DNA of 64,000 nucleotides from an uncultured cyanobacterium (GCA_963793265.1 CAWBZI010000001.1:928001-992000), one strand, 5' to 3'; shown: positions 51,556 to 62,307, numbered from the stretch's first letter. Numbers and translations are program-made. The notes: a model not told the origin generated them from the sequence alone.

Positions 51556-52746
51556 ATGACAGACCAACCCACTTTTCAAAGTCCTGACGGCGCTTCTAGC
51601 AACAAAACCGAGGCTGAATATGCTCTAGAGAAAGAGGCCCGACTGCCCCTGACCGGATGGCAGCAGGAAGTCGATCAGGGTTTGACGTTTGGCTTAGAAG
51701 CCGCAGAGAGTATACGCGATCGCACCATTCCCACCTTTTCGCGCGGCGAACTGCCTCACTACGCAGGCATCACCACCTTCATGAAAGCGCCCTACCTCGA
51801 AGACGTGCGCAAAGTGGGCAATTACGATGTTGCAATCGTCGGCGTTCCTCACGACTCAGGCACCACCTACCGCCCCGGCACCCGCTTTGGCCCCCAGGGC
51901 ATTCGCCGTATCTCCGCGCTCTATACGCCCTATAACTTCGAGCTAGGGGTTGACCTACGCGAACAAATTACGATGTGCGACGTAGGCGATATATTCACAA
52001 TCCCCGCCAACAACGAAAAATCTTTTGATCAAATCTCTAAAGGTATCGCCCACGTTTTCAGCTCGGGCGCATTTCCTATTATTCTCGGCGGGGATCACTC
52101 CATCGGCTTTCCTACCGTACGCGGCGTATGCCGTCACTTAGGCGATAAAAAAGTCGGCATCATTCACTTTGATCGCCACGTAGACACGCAAGAAACTGAC
52201 CTGGACGAACGGATGCACACCTGCCCGTGGTTCCACGCCACCAATATGGCTAACGCCCCAGCCAAAAACCTTGTACAGCTTGGGATTGGCGGCTGGCAGG
52301 TGCCCAGACCTGGGGTAAAAGTATGCCGTGAACGGGCTACCAACATCTTAACGGTGACTGACATTACCGAAATGGGGCTAGATGCGGCGGTAGACTTTGC
52401 GGTAGAGCGCGCGACTGATGGCACCGATTGCGTTTACATCAGTTTTGATATTGACTGCATCGACGCGGGCTTTGTTCCGGGTACAGGCTGGCCTGAACCC
52501 GGCGGTTTGTTGCCTAGAGAAGCACTTTATTTGCTCGGCAAGATTGTTGAGAAGGTGAACGTGTGCGGATTAGAGATTGTTGAAGTTTCGCCGCCGTACG
52601 ATGTCAGCGACATTACCTCACTGATGGCAACGCGAGTGATTTGCGACACGATGGCGCATTTGGTGCTCTCAGGCCAGCTTCCACGCGAGAAGCCAGACTA
52701 CGTTAATGAAGAAGCCAATATGGAACTTGGCAGCGGCTGGGAGTAG
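51556..52746 (+). CDS. gdmH: Ni-dependent guanidine hydrolase (ureohydrolase/agmatinase family)
   Basis: GGDHS, DRHVD, 'MHTCPW', 'DIDC', 'PGTGWPEPGG' with Trp; followed by hypA/hypB-like and ABC genes as in Synechocystis sll1077-sll1082. Confidence 0.88.
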   Translation: MTDQPTFQSPDGASSNKTEAEYALEKEARLPLTGWQQEVDQGLTFGLEAAESIRDRTIPTFSRGELPHYAGITTFMKAPYLEDVRKVGNYDVAIVGVPHDSGTTYRPGTRFGPQGIRRISALYTPYNFELGVDLREQITMCDVGDIFTIPANNEKSFDQISKGIAHVFSSGAFPIILGGDHSIGFPTVRGVCRHLGDKKVGIIHFDRHVDTQETDLDERMHTCPWFHATNMANAPAKNLVQLGIGGWQVPRPGVKVCRERATNILTVTDITEMGLDAAVDFAVERATDGTDCVYISFDIDCIDAGFVPGTGWPEPGGLLPREALYLLGKIVEKVNVCGLEIVEVSPPYDVSDITSLMATRVICDTMAHLVLSGQLPREKPDYVNEEANMELGSGWE

Positions 52747-52772
52747 GGTGGAGACAGGTTGGAGATAGGGCT

Positions 52773-53135
52773 ATGCATGAAACCGATATGACCAAAGCAC
52801 TTATCTTTACCGTCAAAGACTGGCTGGCTGAGCAGCCCGGCCAGCCGAAGGTGGAGAAAGTGCATTTGGTGGTGGGCGAATTTACCTGTGTAGAACCGGA
52901 GAGTCTTCAGTTTGCTTTTAACGCGCAGACCAAAGGGACTTTTTTAGACGGCGTAGAGCTGGTGATTAAAGACATCCCATTAATCGCGTTCTGTGAGACT
53001 TGTAATCAGGAATACCGGCCCACCGTAGGGCTGCAATATGCCTGCCCCCAGTGCCGTGAGCCCATGGGTAATATCCGATCAGGGCGCGAGCTAAAAATTG
53101 ACAAAGTTGAGTTCTCTCATGCAGTTTCTACGTAG
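52773..53135 (+). CDS. hypA: HypA-like nickel chaperone (GhaA)
   Basis: MHE start, two CxxC motifs, 'GREL'. Confidence 0.92.
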   Translation: MHETDMTKALIFTVKDWLAEQPGQPKVEKVHLVVGEFTCVEPESLQFAFNAQTKGTFLDGVELVIKDIPLIAFCETCNQEYRPTVGLQYACPQCREPMGNIRSGRELKIDKVEFSHAVST

Positions 53136-53175
53136 AAACGTTGCGCTGTAATGTTATTGTTTTTTAAGGATCTGT

Positions 53176-53886
53176 ATGCACCAAACGTTTGACGCTGTGC
53201 TGGAAATGAATCTGCTACAGGCCAATCAGGACGGGGCTGATGCGAATCGCAAGCAGTTCGATAGCTGGGGGATTACCTGTCTGAACCTGATGAGTTCTCC
53301 GGGTTCTGGCAAAACTCAGCTATTAGAGAAAACGTTGCGATCGCTACAATCTGCGTTCCGAATGGCTGTTATTGAAGGAGATATGACCACGCAGCTTGAC
53401 GCCAACCGACTCCGCGAATGTGGGGTGCCTGTTGTTGCCATTAATACCGGCAGAGCGTGTCACCTCGACTCTAAGATGGTGGCTGGCGGACTGCACCAGT
53501 TTGAACACGAGGAAGATCCTGACTCGTTTGATCTGGTATTTGTAGAGAACGTGGGGAACTTGGTATGCCCGGCTGAATTTGAAGTGGGAGAACATGCCAA
53601 AGTCGCACTGTTGAGCATCACTGAAGGAGAAGACAAACCCCTCAAATATCCCATCATGTTTCGAGAAGCAGACTGCTTATTAATCACGAAGATGGACCTA
53701 GCGCCTCATCTAGACGTGAATATCGAAACTATCGTCGCTAACGTACGTCAGCTTAATTGCAACGTGAAAATCATCCCGGTATCCTCAAAGACCGACGAAG
53801 GGCTAGAGGATTGGTATAACTGGGTGCGTCAGCAGATCGCTGTGCGCACTGTGACTGCTAAAAAAACAGCTAAAGCAACTCGTTAG
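53176..53886 (+). CDS. hypB: HypB-like nickel GTPase (GhaB)
   Basis: 'SSPGSGKT', 'CHLD', 'ENVGNLVCP', '[10 protein letters not shown]'. Confidence 0.93.
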   Translation: MHQTFDAVLEMNLLQANQDGADANRKQFDSWGITCLNLMSSPGSGKTQLLEKTLRSLQSAFRMAVIEGDMTTQLDANRLRECGVPVVAINTGRACHLDSKMVAGGLHQFEHEEDPDSFDLVFVENVGNLVCPAEFEVGEHAKVALLSITEGEDKPLKYPIMFREADCLLITKMDLAPHLDVNIETIVANVRQLNCNVKIIPVSSKTDEGLEDWYNWVRQQIAVRTVTAKKTAKATR

Positions 53887-54339
53887 AAAGCTGACACATA
53901 AAAACACGGTTTTTTATAGGCTTTAGCGTGTAATCGGGGGTTTACCTGAAAGTTCGGATTGTCTAAGGCGTGGCATCTACCGCTTTTGTAGCGAGGTTAA
54001 GCGTGCTTTCTTTCCCTCTACAAAAAACGTCAAATCATAGGCGCTATCAGTACACTACTCATTGATCTAGATTACATATGCTGTTTCTAATCAGACCCTT
54101 TATTCGTCGTCGGAAAGTATCTTACACCTGGCGCTATCGTGTAGAGCAACTGAGTTCTTACTCTATCTATGAGTGCTTTATGGACTAAGTAGAGACTCAG
54201 TAGTCGAATTTCGGTATCGAAGGGCGTAAGATCTTGCGCCCCTGCGTCCCCTGCGGCGTTTTGCAAGATAGTGAGTCTTATGCTTAACTATTGCTCAATC
54301 AATTGCGCTCAGTTACCTATCACCTCCTAAATCCTAAAT

Positions 54340-55380
54340 ATGAAAAGACGACAGTTACTTTCGCTTTGTCTAGCCTTTTTCTGTGCAATGTTTGTCACGG
54401 TAAGCTGCGGCTCTAGCGGGGATTCGGGCGGTGATGGGGCAACGACCAGCAGCGATACAGGGGGCGAGGTGATTGTGATTGGCTATAGCGCCTGGCCGGG
54501 ATGGTGGCCCTGGGCGATCGCTGAACAAGAAGGCTTGTTTGAAGCCAACGGTGTCAACGTAGAAATGAGATGGTTTGACGGCTACATAGAATCGATGGAA
54601 GCTCTCGCTGCTGGGCAAATCGATGGCAACTGTCAAACGCTTAACGATACGATTTCGTTTGCAGCCGATGCGGTGAATGGCGAAGTGGCCGTACTGGTGA
54701 ACGACAACTCGGCAGGCAATGACAAGATAATTGTGACTGAAGAAATTAATTCGGTGGCCGATCTTCAAGGGAAGAAAGTTGCGATAGAAGAAGGCGTGGT
54801 GGACGACTTTTTGCTGACGCTGGCGCTAGAAGAGGAAGGGCTTTCTCGTAGCGATGTAGAAATTGTGCCCCTAGAAACGGGCGAAGCTGCCGCCGCATTT
54901 GCAGCCGGTCAAGCCGATGCAGTTGGGGCCTTTCCGCCCTTCTGGTCTATTGCGCTAGAGCGAGAGGGCAGTAAAGAGCTGATTACCTCTAACGACTTTC
55001 CTGGTGCGATTCCTGACCTGCTGGTGATGAGCCAAAAGATTGTTGATGAGCGTCCAGACGACGTGCAGGCGATTGTGAACACTTGGTTCGATATATTGGA
55101 CTTTATGGAAGAGAACCCCGAGCGCGCTGACGAAATTATTGCAGAGCGCGCAGGTGTCTCGGCTGAAGAACTTCAGGAGCTAAAGTCTGGAACGCGCATG
55201 TTTACCATTGAAGATAACCTTGAAGCCTTCAGTGACGGCGAAGAGATTAAGCATATGCCTGCGGCGGCAAAAGAGATGGCTGAGTTTATGGTAAATGTTG
55301 GCTTCATTGAAGAAGTCCCTGATCTGAATGCCATTTTTGATGACCGTTTTGTTAGGGCTTATGCAGAAGCTCAGGAATAG
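54340..55380 (+). CDS. ABC transporter substrate-binding lipoprotein (SsuA/NMT1-like, probably guanidine)
   Basis: Lipobox-like 'TVSC'; 'GYSAWPGWWPW'; 'VNDNSAGND'; 'PGAIPDL'. Confidence 0.88.
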   Translation: MKRRQLLSLCLAFFCAMFVTVSCGSSGDSGGDGATTSSDTGGEVIVIGYSAWPGWWPWAIAEQEGLFEANGVNVEMRWFDGYIESMEALAAGQIDGNCQTLNDTISFAADAVNGEVAVLVNDNSAGNDKIIVTEEINSVADLQGKKVAIEEGVVDDFLLTLALEEEGLSRSDVEIVPLETGEAAAAFAAGQADAVGAFPPFWSIALEREGSKELITSNDFPGAIPDLLVMSQKIVDERPDDVQAIVNTWFDILDFMEENPERADEIIAERAGVSAEELQELKSGTRMFTIEDNLEAFSDGEEIKHMPAAAKEMAEFMVNVGFIEEVPDLNAIFDDRFVRAYAEAQE

Positions 55381-55426
55381 TTACGTTATTGTCGGCTACA
55401 TAGTTTTGATTTGAAGATAGCTTTCT

Positions 55427-56290
55427 ATGCGAACTGATGTAGTCACGTCGAGCGCTGAATGGACGGGGGAATTAGAGGGGCGATCGCACCGGCAAAGCCT
55501 AAAGCCCATCGTATTTTGGCGGTTAGGGGAGCCCATTCCAGCCCGTTTAGACTGGACGCTGCGAGTGCTTTCTGTGGTCGTGCCGCTGGCGTTGTGGTGG
55601 GGCATCACAAGCACCGGGCTCGTTAATCCAAAGTATTTACCCTCTCCTGGCACCGTGTTAGCGGCTTTTATGAAGCTTGTTCGCGGCGGAGAGTTTGCAG
55701 AAGACCTTCAGTTCAGCCTTTTTAGAGTCGGCATCGGGTTCTTAGGTGCAGCAATTATTTCTGTTCCTTTGGGCATTGGCATGGGCGCTTTTGCCTCAGT
55801 AAGAGCAATATTTGAGCCCATCATTGGCATCGTTCGCTACATGCCTGCTCCGGCGTTTGCCCCGCTGCTGATTCTTTACTTAGGCATTGATGAAGCGCCT
55901 AAGATCACTCTGATTTTCATCGGCGTTATCTTTTTTAATACGCTGATGATTATGGACGCTGTGAAGTTTGTGCCTAAGCATTTACTAGAGGCGACATATA
56001 CGCTTGGTGGCTCGCGCAAGCAAGCACTTTTGCAGGTGATTACGCCTTACGTAACGCCTAAAATTATTGACGCTTTTCGGGTAAATATGGCAGCAGCATG
56101 GAACTTAGTGGTTGTCGCTGAGCTGATTGCGGCCAATGAAGGGCTTGGCAAGCGCATTGCCTTAGCCAGGCGTTTTTTCGATACAGAGACTATTTTTGCC
56201 TATTTGATTGTGCTAGGAATCATCGGCTTTTTACTCGATCTCTCTTTGCGCTGGCTGATGCGAGTGAGCTGTAAGTGGGCGGTAGATTAA
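55427..56290 (+). CDS. ABC transporter permease
   Basis: 'YLPSP', 'RYMPAPAF.PL', EAA-like 'LLEATYTLGGS', 'VVAEL'. Confidence 0.92.
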   Translation: MRTDVVTSSAEWTGELEGRSHRQSLKPIVFWRLGEPIPARLDWTLRVLSVVVPLALWWGITSTGLVNPKYLPSPGTVLAAFMKLVRGGEFAEDLQFSLFRVGIGFLGAAIISVPLGIGMGAFASVRAIFEPIIGIVRYMPAPAFAPLLILYLGIDEAPKITLIFIGVIFFNTLMIMDAVKFVPKHLLEATYTLGGSRKQALLQVITPYVTPKIIDAFRVNMAAAWNLVVVAELIAANEGLGKRIALARRFFDTETIFAYLIVLGIIGFLLDLSLRWLMRVSCKWAVD

Positions 56291-57063
56291 TGCATTTAGA
56301 AGTCTCGAAGCTGCACAAGCAGTTTTCTACAAAAGAAGGGCCGGTCGTTGCGCTCAAAGATCTAAACTTGCATGTCGAGCAGGGAGAGTTTGTGTGCGTG
56401 GTGGGCGCTTCTGGCTCAGGCAAATCTACGCTGCTGCGACTGATAGCAGGACTCGAACAGCCGACAGCAGGAGACATTAGGGTAGATGCTCGATCCGTGA
56501 TGGGGCCGGGCGCTGATCGGGGAATGGTGTTTCAGAACTACACGCTGTATCCGTGGATGAGCGTGCAGCGGAATGTGGAGTTTGGGCTGAAGTTACAGGG
56601 GGTGGATAAGTCCAAGCGGCGAGAGCGGGCGTCTTATTACTTGGAGATGGTGGGCTTAAGTGAGTTTTCGCAGGTGTTGCCGAAGCAGCTTTCGGGGGGG
56701 ATGAAGCAAAGGGTTGCGATCGCCCGCGCGCTCACCAGCCAGCCTAAAATATTGCTAATGGACGAACCTTTCGGGGCGCTAGACGTGCAAACCAAAGAGA
56801 CAATGCAACAGTTTTTGCTAGAGCTATGGAATCGCACGGGCACGAGCATCTTGATGATTACGCACGATGTTCGCGAGGCTGTTTTTCTCTCACAGAGAAT
56901 CTATGTGATGACGGCGCGGCCTGGCACTGTTCAAGCTGAGCTTGAGATAGATTTGGGGGATGTGCGATCGCCTATCACCCGAGAAGATCCCCGCTTCAAA
57001 ACGTATCAAGATAGCGTAATGGGTTTTCTTCAAACAAAAGAACAGATTACGTCGTTACCATGA
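56290..57063 (+). CDS. ABC transporter ATP-binding protein
   Basis: GASGSGKST, LSGGMKQR, LLMDEPF. Confidence 0.95.
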   Translation: MHLEVSKLHKQFSTKEGPVVALKDLNLHVEQGEFVCVVGASGSGKSTLLRLIAGLEQPTAGDIRVDARSVMGPGADRGMVFQNYTLYPWMSVQRNVEFGLKLQGVDKSKRRERASYYLEMVGLSEFSQVLPKQLSGGMKQRVAIARALTSQPKILLMDEPFGALDVQTKETMQQFLLELWNRTGTSILMITHDVREAVFLSQRIYVMTARPGTVQAELEIDLGDVRSPITREDPRFKTYQDSVMGFLQTKEQITSLP

Positions 57064-57754
57064 CATCATCAGCGGCTTGCTGCTTGCGAGCATGGATGCG
57101 CCGAGCAATTTTCAAACAAGTATGTGCGGCAACAATTAAAAAGCCTTCTGAAATAAGCTTAAATCCTTCCTCTAAAACAAAGATCCAGCCCTGAATCTGT
57201 TCAGTCGCTTCTGCTGAAAATACTGTCAAGAGAATGTCGTCTCTGTTGGTAATCACGTCTATACCAACCATTGCGAACAAACAGATAAAGCCCGCGATCA
57301 CGTAGGGCGTAACGGCCCCGTATTTCTTTAGCTCATGGCGGCAGCGGATGAATATGCCAATTGCGATGAGTCCGTAGAGGCCAACGATTAGGTCGTCAAT
57401 GCGATCGCTCGCAGCCGTTTCTTGTGCCAGCCAAATCTTATGAATGGTCTTATCCAGAAACTCATGGATCATCAGCAAATCATCTAGGGCCAAAAAAGAA
57501 AAGCCCAGGCTGAAAATGCCCCAAACGGCGGCGGGCGATCGCCAGGGACGCCTAAAGCTTTGCCCTCGCAGCTTAAACATCTGATGCATGAAGTAGGACA
57601 GGATGAATAGCTGAATGACTGAGAAATAGGTGATGAATCCGCCATCTTCAAACTGCCGGTAGACCTTTTCAAAGGGGGCGCTGATGATGACGGTGGCGGC
57701 GATCGCTAACAAATTAAGCGAGAGCACCTTATAGAGTGTGTACTTGGCTGGCAT
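57047..57754 (-). CDS. Hypothetical membrane protein
   Basis: Several TM segments; 'ALDD...IHE' and 'EE..K' motifs. Confidence 0.75.
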   Translation of the reverse strand: MPAKYTLYKVLSLNLLAIAATVIISAPFEKVYRQFEDGGFITYFSVIQLFILSYFMHQMFKLRGQSFRRPWRSPAAVWGIFSLGFSFLALDDLLMIHEFLDKTIHKIWLAQETAASDRIDDLIVGLYGLIAIGIFIRCRHELKKYGAVTPYVIAGFICLFAMVGIDVITNRDDILLTVFSAEATEQIQGWIFVLEEGFKLISEGFLIVAAHTCLKIARRIHARKQQAADDVMVTT

Positions 57755-57889
57755 TGGTAGCAAATGTATTTTGCAATACGTCTACCATAGCCGATTGTAT
57801 TCATTGGGAGTGCGCTATATCACATTCAGCTTCCTATCAAGGCGGCTTGTTGGTTATGGTGAAAGGAATATCTATGATTTTGCTGCTAT

Positions 57890-60800
57890 ATGAAGCGCTA
57901 TGGCCTGATTGTGGGGATTGACAAGTATAAGCCTGTCTCTCGTCTGCCGTATTACGGAAGTCCAACAAGCTTGAATAGGGCTAAAAGTGACGCTCAGGCG
58001 GTGTATGAGCTGCTGCGGGAGCATGGCGATTTTAACGATCTTTTGACTCTGTACGATAGTCAGGCGACTGAGGCTGAGCTGAAGAAGGCGCTAAAGCATG
58101 TGCTATTGGAGCAGGGCAAGCAGGCGGAGGTGCTGATTTATTTTGCGGGGCATGGGTTTACGGCGCAGCCGAGTGAGTTTGAGCGGCAGGGGTATTTGGC
58201 GACTTACGATTGCCAGGTTCGGGTGCAGGATGATGTGCCGGTAAATGTTGAGCAAGGGCTGTCGTTTGAGTTTTTGAACGGGGTGATTGGGAAGGCGCAG
58301 CGGGAAGGGCTGGCAGGGCTGGCTGTGTTTTTGGATTGCTGTGAGAGTGAGCTGATTATTGAGGATGCGCTGATAGGTCACAAGCTGAGCCGACTGACGC
58401 AGAAGGGCTGTTTTTTGAGTACGGCCTGTCGGAGCTTTGAGGTGGCGCGGGAGGATGCGCGGTATGGGCTGTATACCGGGGCTTTGGTGGCGGCGCTGAC
58501 GGATGAGGCGGATGTGAGTGCGGGCAATGAGATTACGGTTTCGGAGGCGCATAATCGGGTGGAAAGGGCGCTGAAGGAGTCGGGGCAGGAGCCGATTGCG
58601 TTTGGCTATGGCAGCAGTATGGTGATGGTGCGCTATCGGGGTGCGGGTGTTGCGCAGGCGGTGAGTGAGGTGTGCCCGTATCAGGGGTTGAATGAGTTTA
58701 CGCCGGAGACGGCGCAGTTCTTTTTTGGGCGGGATGATGAAGTTGCTGAGCTGTGTCAAAAGCTGAGGACGACTAATTTTGTGCCAGTGTTGGGGCCTTC
58801 GGGGAGTGGAAAGTCTTCGGTGGTGCGGGCGGGGCTGGTGAAGAGGCTGCAGACTGAGGGCTGGCAAACGGTGACGATGAAGCCGGATAAGCAGCCGATG
58901 GTGGAGTTGGAGCGGGTGCTACGGCAGTTTTTTGAGACGATGGGGTTTTCTACCGGGCGGGTGCGTGAGGTGATGGAGGGTTTGGGCTTTTGTGAGCTAG
59001 GTGAGGGCGATTTGAGTGGCGATGACCATAAAGCCTTCCCGAAAGAACTAGACCATCTGAAGCAATCCGACCTTAAGCTATTGCTCATCGTCGATCAGTT
59101 TGAGGAGGTGTTTACGCTATGTGAGGACAAAGCAGCGCAGCGGGCGTTTATTCGCAAGCTATTTCATCTGGGCGAGGTGGGAGCATCGCGGATAAAAGTG
59201 GTGATGACGATGCGGTCGGATTTTGTGGATGACTGGCTGGCGGCGGGACTGTCGCGGTCGGTGATTGGGGAGGATACGGTGTGGCTGGGGGCGTTGCAGG
59301 GAGAGAATTTGGCGGCGGTGATGGAGCAGCCTGCACGGAAGCAGGGCTATGCGTTTGAGGCGGGGCTGCTGAAGCTGTTGCTGACGGATGTGGACAAAGA
59401 AGAGAATTGTTTGCCGCTGTTGGAGTTTGCGCTGACGGCGCTGTGGGATAAGCGAGAGACGCAGACTAGAAAACTGACGGTGACGCTTATGAAGAGATGG
59501 AAGGGCTGACAGGGGCGCTGAATCGGCAGGCGATCACGGTGTATGAAGGCTTGCAGGACGTGGATAAGCCGTGGGCGAAGCGGATTTGTTTACAGCTTGT
59601 GCGGGTGGGGCGAGGGGATAAAGATACTCGGCAGCGGCAACCAAAAGCAATGTTGTTGAGTATGGGCGGTGTAGCTCAGCGACAGGTGATTGCTGATGTG
59701 ATTGCTGATTTGGTGAAGGGGCGATTGTTGGTGAGTGATGGAGGTGGTGTTGCAGAAACCGCTTATGTGGATGTTGCGCATGAAGCTCTGCTGAGCGGAT
59801 GGGAGCAGTTTGCCGCATGGCGGCTGGAGGATAGAGATCTGCTGCGGCTAGAGCAGCGGCTAAAGGATGCTTATGAAGATTGGCAAGCTAAGGAAGATAG
59901 TCAAGAAAGAGATAAGTATTTACTGACAGGTGGGCTGCTGGCGGAGGTAACAGAACAGCACGTGGCACTAGGCGAACGGCTGAGAGGTAATCGTCCCGCA
60001 TTGATGAAGTACCTCAATGACAGTAGCCGGAAAGCTGAAAAAGATGTAGAAGTATTAAAAAAAGCGCTTGCCAAGGCCAGCCTACAAGAGGAATCTCGTA
60101 AAGTCTTAGACAAATTCGAATCAACTTCAAGCCTCTCAGTAGAGGCTACTCTGTCAGTGATAGAAATTGCAGGGAGAAGTAAGCATACTTTGAATGAGTT
60201 GATTCCGCCTGTTCAGAATGCCTTGCACACAGCGCTATCAAGAAATCGAGAGCGATTGAGAATAGAGAATCAGATGAGTCTAGTTGATTCACTTGCTTTC
60301 AATCCCTCATGCGATATCTTTGCTGCCGGGAATGAGGATGGAACTCTTCGCTTGTGGGATATGCACGGAAACCCAGCCAGCCAGCCTTCTCCAAGTAGAC
60401 ATTGCGGTAGCATTTGGTCGTTAGCATTTAGTCCCAAGGGAGATCGAATCGTCTCTGGTGGAAGCGATGGCATGTTATATCTCTGGGACTCACAAGGTTC
60501 TCCGATTATATGTTCATTTGAGGGGCACACTAGCGAGTTCATGGATGTTGCTTTCAACCATAGAGGAAATCTCATCGTATCAGGCGATAGAGAGGGTATT
60601 CTACGCCTTTGGAATAGAGATGGAAAGATGATCGGGGACCCTTTCTTTGTAGAGAATTCAGGATCAGTTCTATCCTTATCTTTTAATAAAAAAGGAGATC
60701 ACATAGTCTCATGTCACGATAGCGGAGAAGTATTTTTGTGGAACTTAGCTGGCGAAATTGTTGGTAAACCTTCTTTTTTTGAGGCAACAGGATTCTCTGT

Positions 60801-62307
60801 TGTGGCAATTAGCGCCAGTCAGAATGCGTTTGTATGCGGGGATGAAGACGGCGCATTGAAATTGCAGAATATAGATGGCAATCCAATGACTGACTATTTT
60901 TGGTGCCAATCGCCTGTAGTCTCTATTGTAGGCTTTAGCCCGGACGGAGAGCGAATAGTTTCAGGTAGCAGCAATGGCCTTTTGCAAATATGGGATCTAA
61001 AGGGCAATTCTATTGGCAGACCTCTTGCAGGGCATACTGACGAGATTTTGTCACTGTCTTTCAATGCATCAGGGGATAAGATTATATCTAGTAGCAAAGA
61101 TGGCACTACGCGACTCTGGGATTTGACGGGTACTTTGATGAACAAGCCTTTCGCTGTCCATCATAATTATGGCGTCATACTTTCTGCTGACTTTAGTCCC
61201 GATGGCAAGCGGATTGTTGCTAGTGGGGGCTCTGGTATGATCTCTACTCCCGGCGTTTGCGTTTGAGATTTACAAGGCGTTCCTATTGGCTCAGCTTTCG
61301 CAGAGAATGCTGGATTTTCGGCTATCAGTCCAAAGAATAATCATATTGTTTGTTCTAAAGGTAGTAGCCTACAAGTCTGGGATTTAGAAGGTAATTGTAT
61401 GAGTCCATCCTTCGATGGACACAAGCACACCGTTTCGTCTGTAGCGTTCAGTCCGAACGGAGAGCAGATTGTCTCTGGTAGCTATGATGGCACCGTTCGA
61501 CTCTGGGAATTAGATGGAAGTCCTATTGGCAAGCCGTTTATAGGACATACACGAGCTATCTGGTCTGTAGCCTTCAGCCCAAAGGGGGACTGTATTGCGT
61601 CTGCTAGTGCTGATAGAACTCTGCGCTTATGGGATTTGGATGGGAATCTACTTGCTAAGCCTTTTGTTGGGCATACAGACGTCATTTCTACAGTGGTATT
61701 CAGTCCAGCAGGAGAAATTGCCTCTGGCAGCTTTGATCAAACAATACGGTTGTGGTCAGTAGATGGCCAGCCTATTTTAGAGCCTATGATTGGCCATGTT
61801 GGCGAAGTCAACTCACTAGCATTCAATCCAAGTGGGACACTGATTGCTTCAGGTGGTAGCGACAACACTGTAAGATTATGGGACGTAAAAGGAAATTCTG
61901 TTGGCGAACCTTTCTTAGGTCATACCGCTTCTGTCAATGCAGTAGCCTTTAGCCCTAAGGGTGACTTGATAGTCTCAGGTGATTCAAATCAGTCTATCAG
62001 GGTTTGGCCTGCCGGAAGTGGTAACGATTGGATTCTCCATTGCTGCAATACCCTTATGCACCATTCTACCTTCACTTCTCCCTCAGATGGATCAGCAGGC
62101 GTCACCGCTCATAATGCCTGTAGTGTATGCGAACAACTGTGGACAAAGCAGCTATTTTCTGAGTTTCTAGTAGCGCAGGGTAGCGCGTTAGCACGGCGAG
62201 GGGAGATAGATACAGCGATTGAAAAATTCAACCATGCAAAAGAACTGAACGCTGAGCTGACGTTAGATGCAGTGGCTCGGGCGAATGAGCTAGCAGAGTG
62301 GGGGTGA
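57890..62307 (+). pseudogene. Caspase (C14)-nSTAND NTPase-WD40-TPR protein interrupted by a frameshift (~59481) and a nonsense codon (61264)
   Basis: YFAGHG/FLDCC dyad; 'CPYQGL..F', GPSGSGKSS, 'LIVDQFEE', 'LPLLEFAL', 'HEAL', multiple WD repeats; three ORF pieces join into one reading frame. Confidence 0.85.

Noticed and set aside
51556..52746. Agmatinase speB
   Set aside because: PGTGWPEPGG and MHTCPW motifs plus adjacent Ni chaperones fit guanidine hydrolase better.
52773..53886. hypA/hypB as a hydrogenase maturation locus
   Set aside because: No hydrogenase or hypCDEF genes nearby; context fits Ni loading of GdmH.
54100..54230. Glutamine (glnA) riboswitch, from CGGAAAGTA and CGAAGG fragments
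   Set aside because: Imperfect matches, spacing too long, and no CGTTC/GAACG closing stem.
58103..58867. 254-aa antisense ORF and similar shadow ORFs (e.g. 10528-10902, 12745-13287)
   Set aside because: They overlap well-supported genes and have biased H/P/R/L or S/P content; explained by strand skew or codon bias removing stop codons.
42526..61266. TGA at two expected Trp positions (42526, 61264), suggesting UGA=Trp recoding
   Set aside because: TGA ends ordinary genes here (YraN 26417, dprA 49214, higB 62642) and Trp is TGG elsewhere; both cases lie in genes with other lesions.
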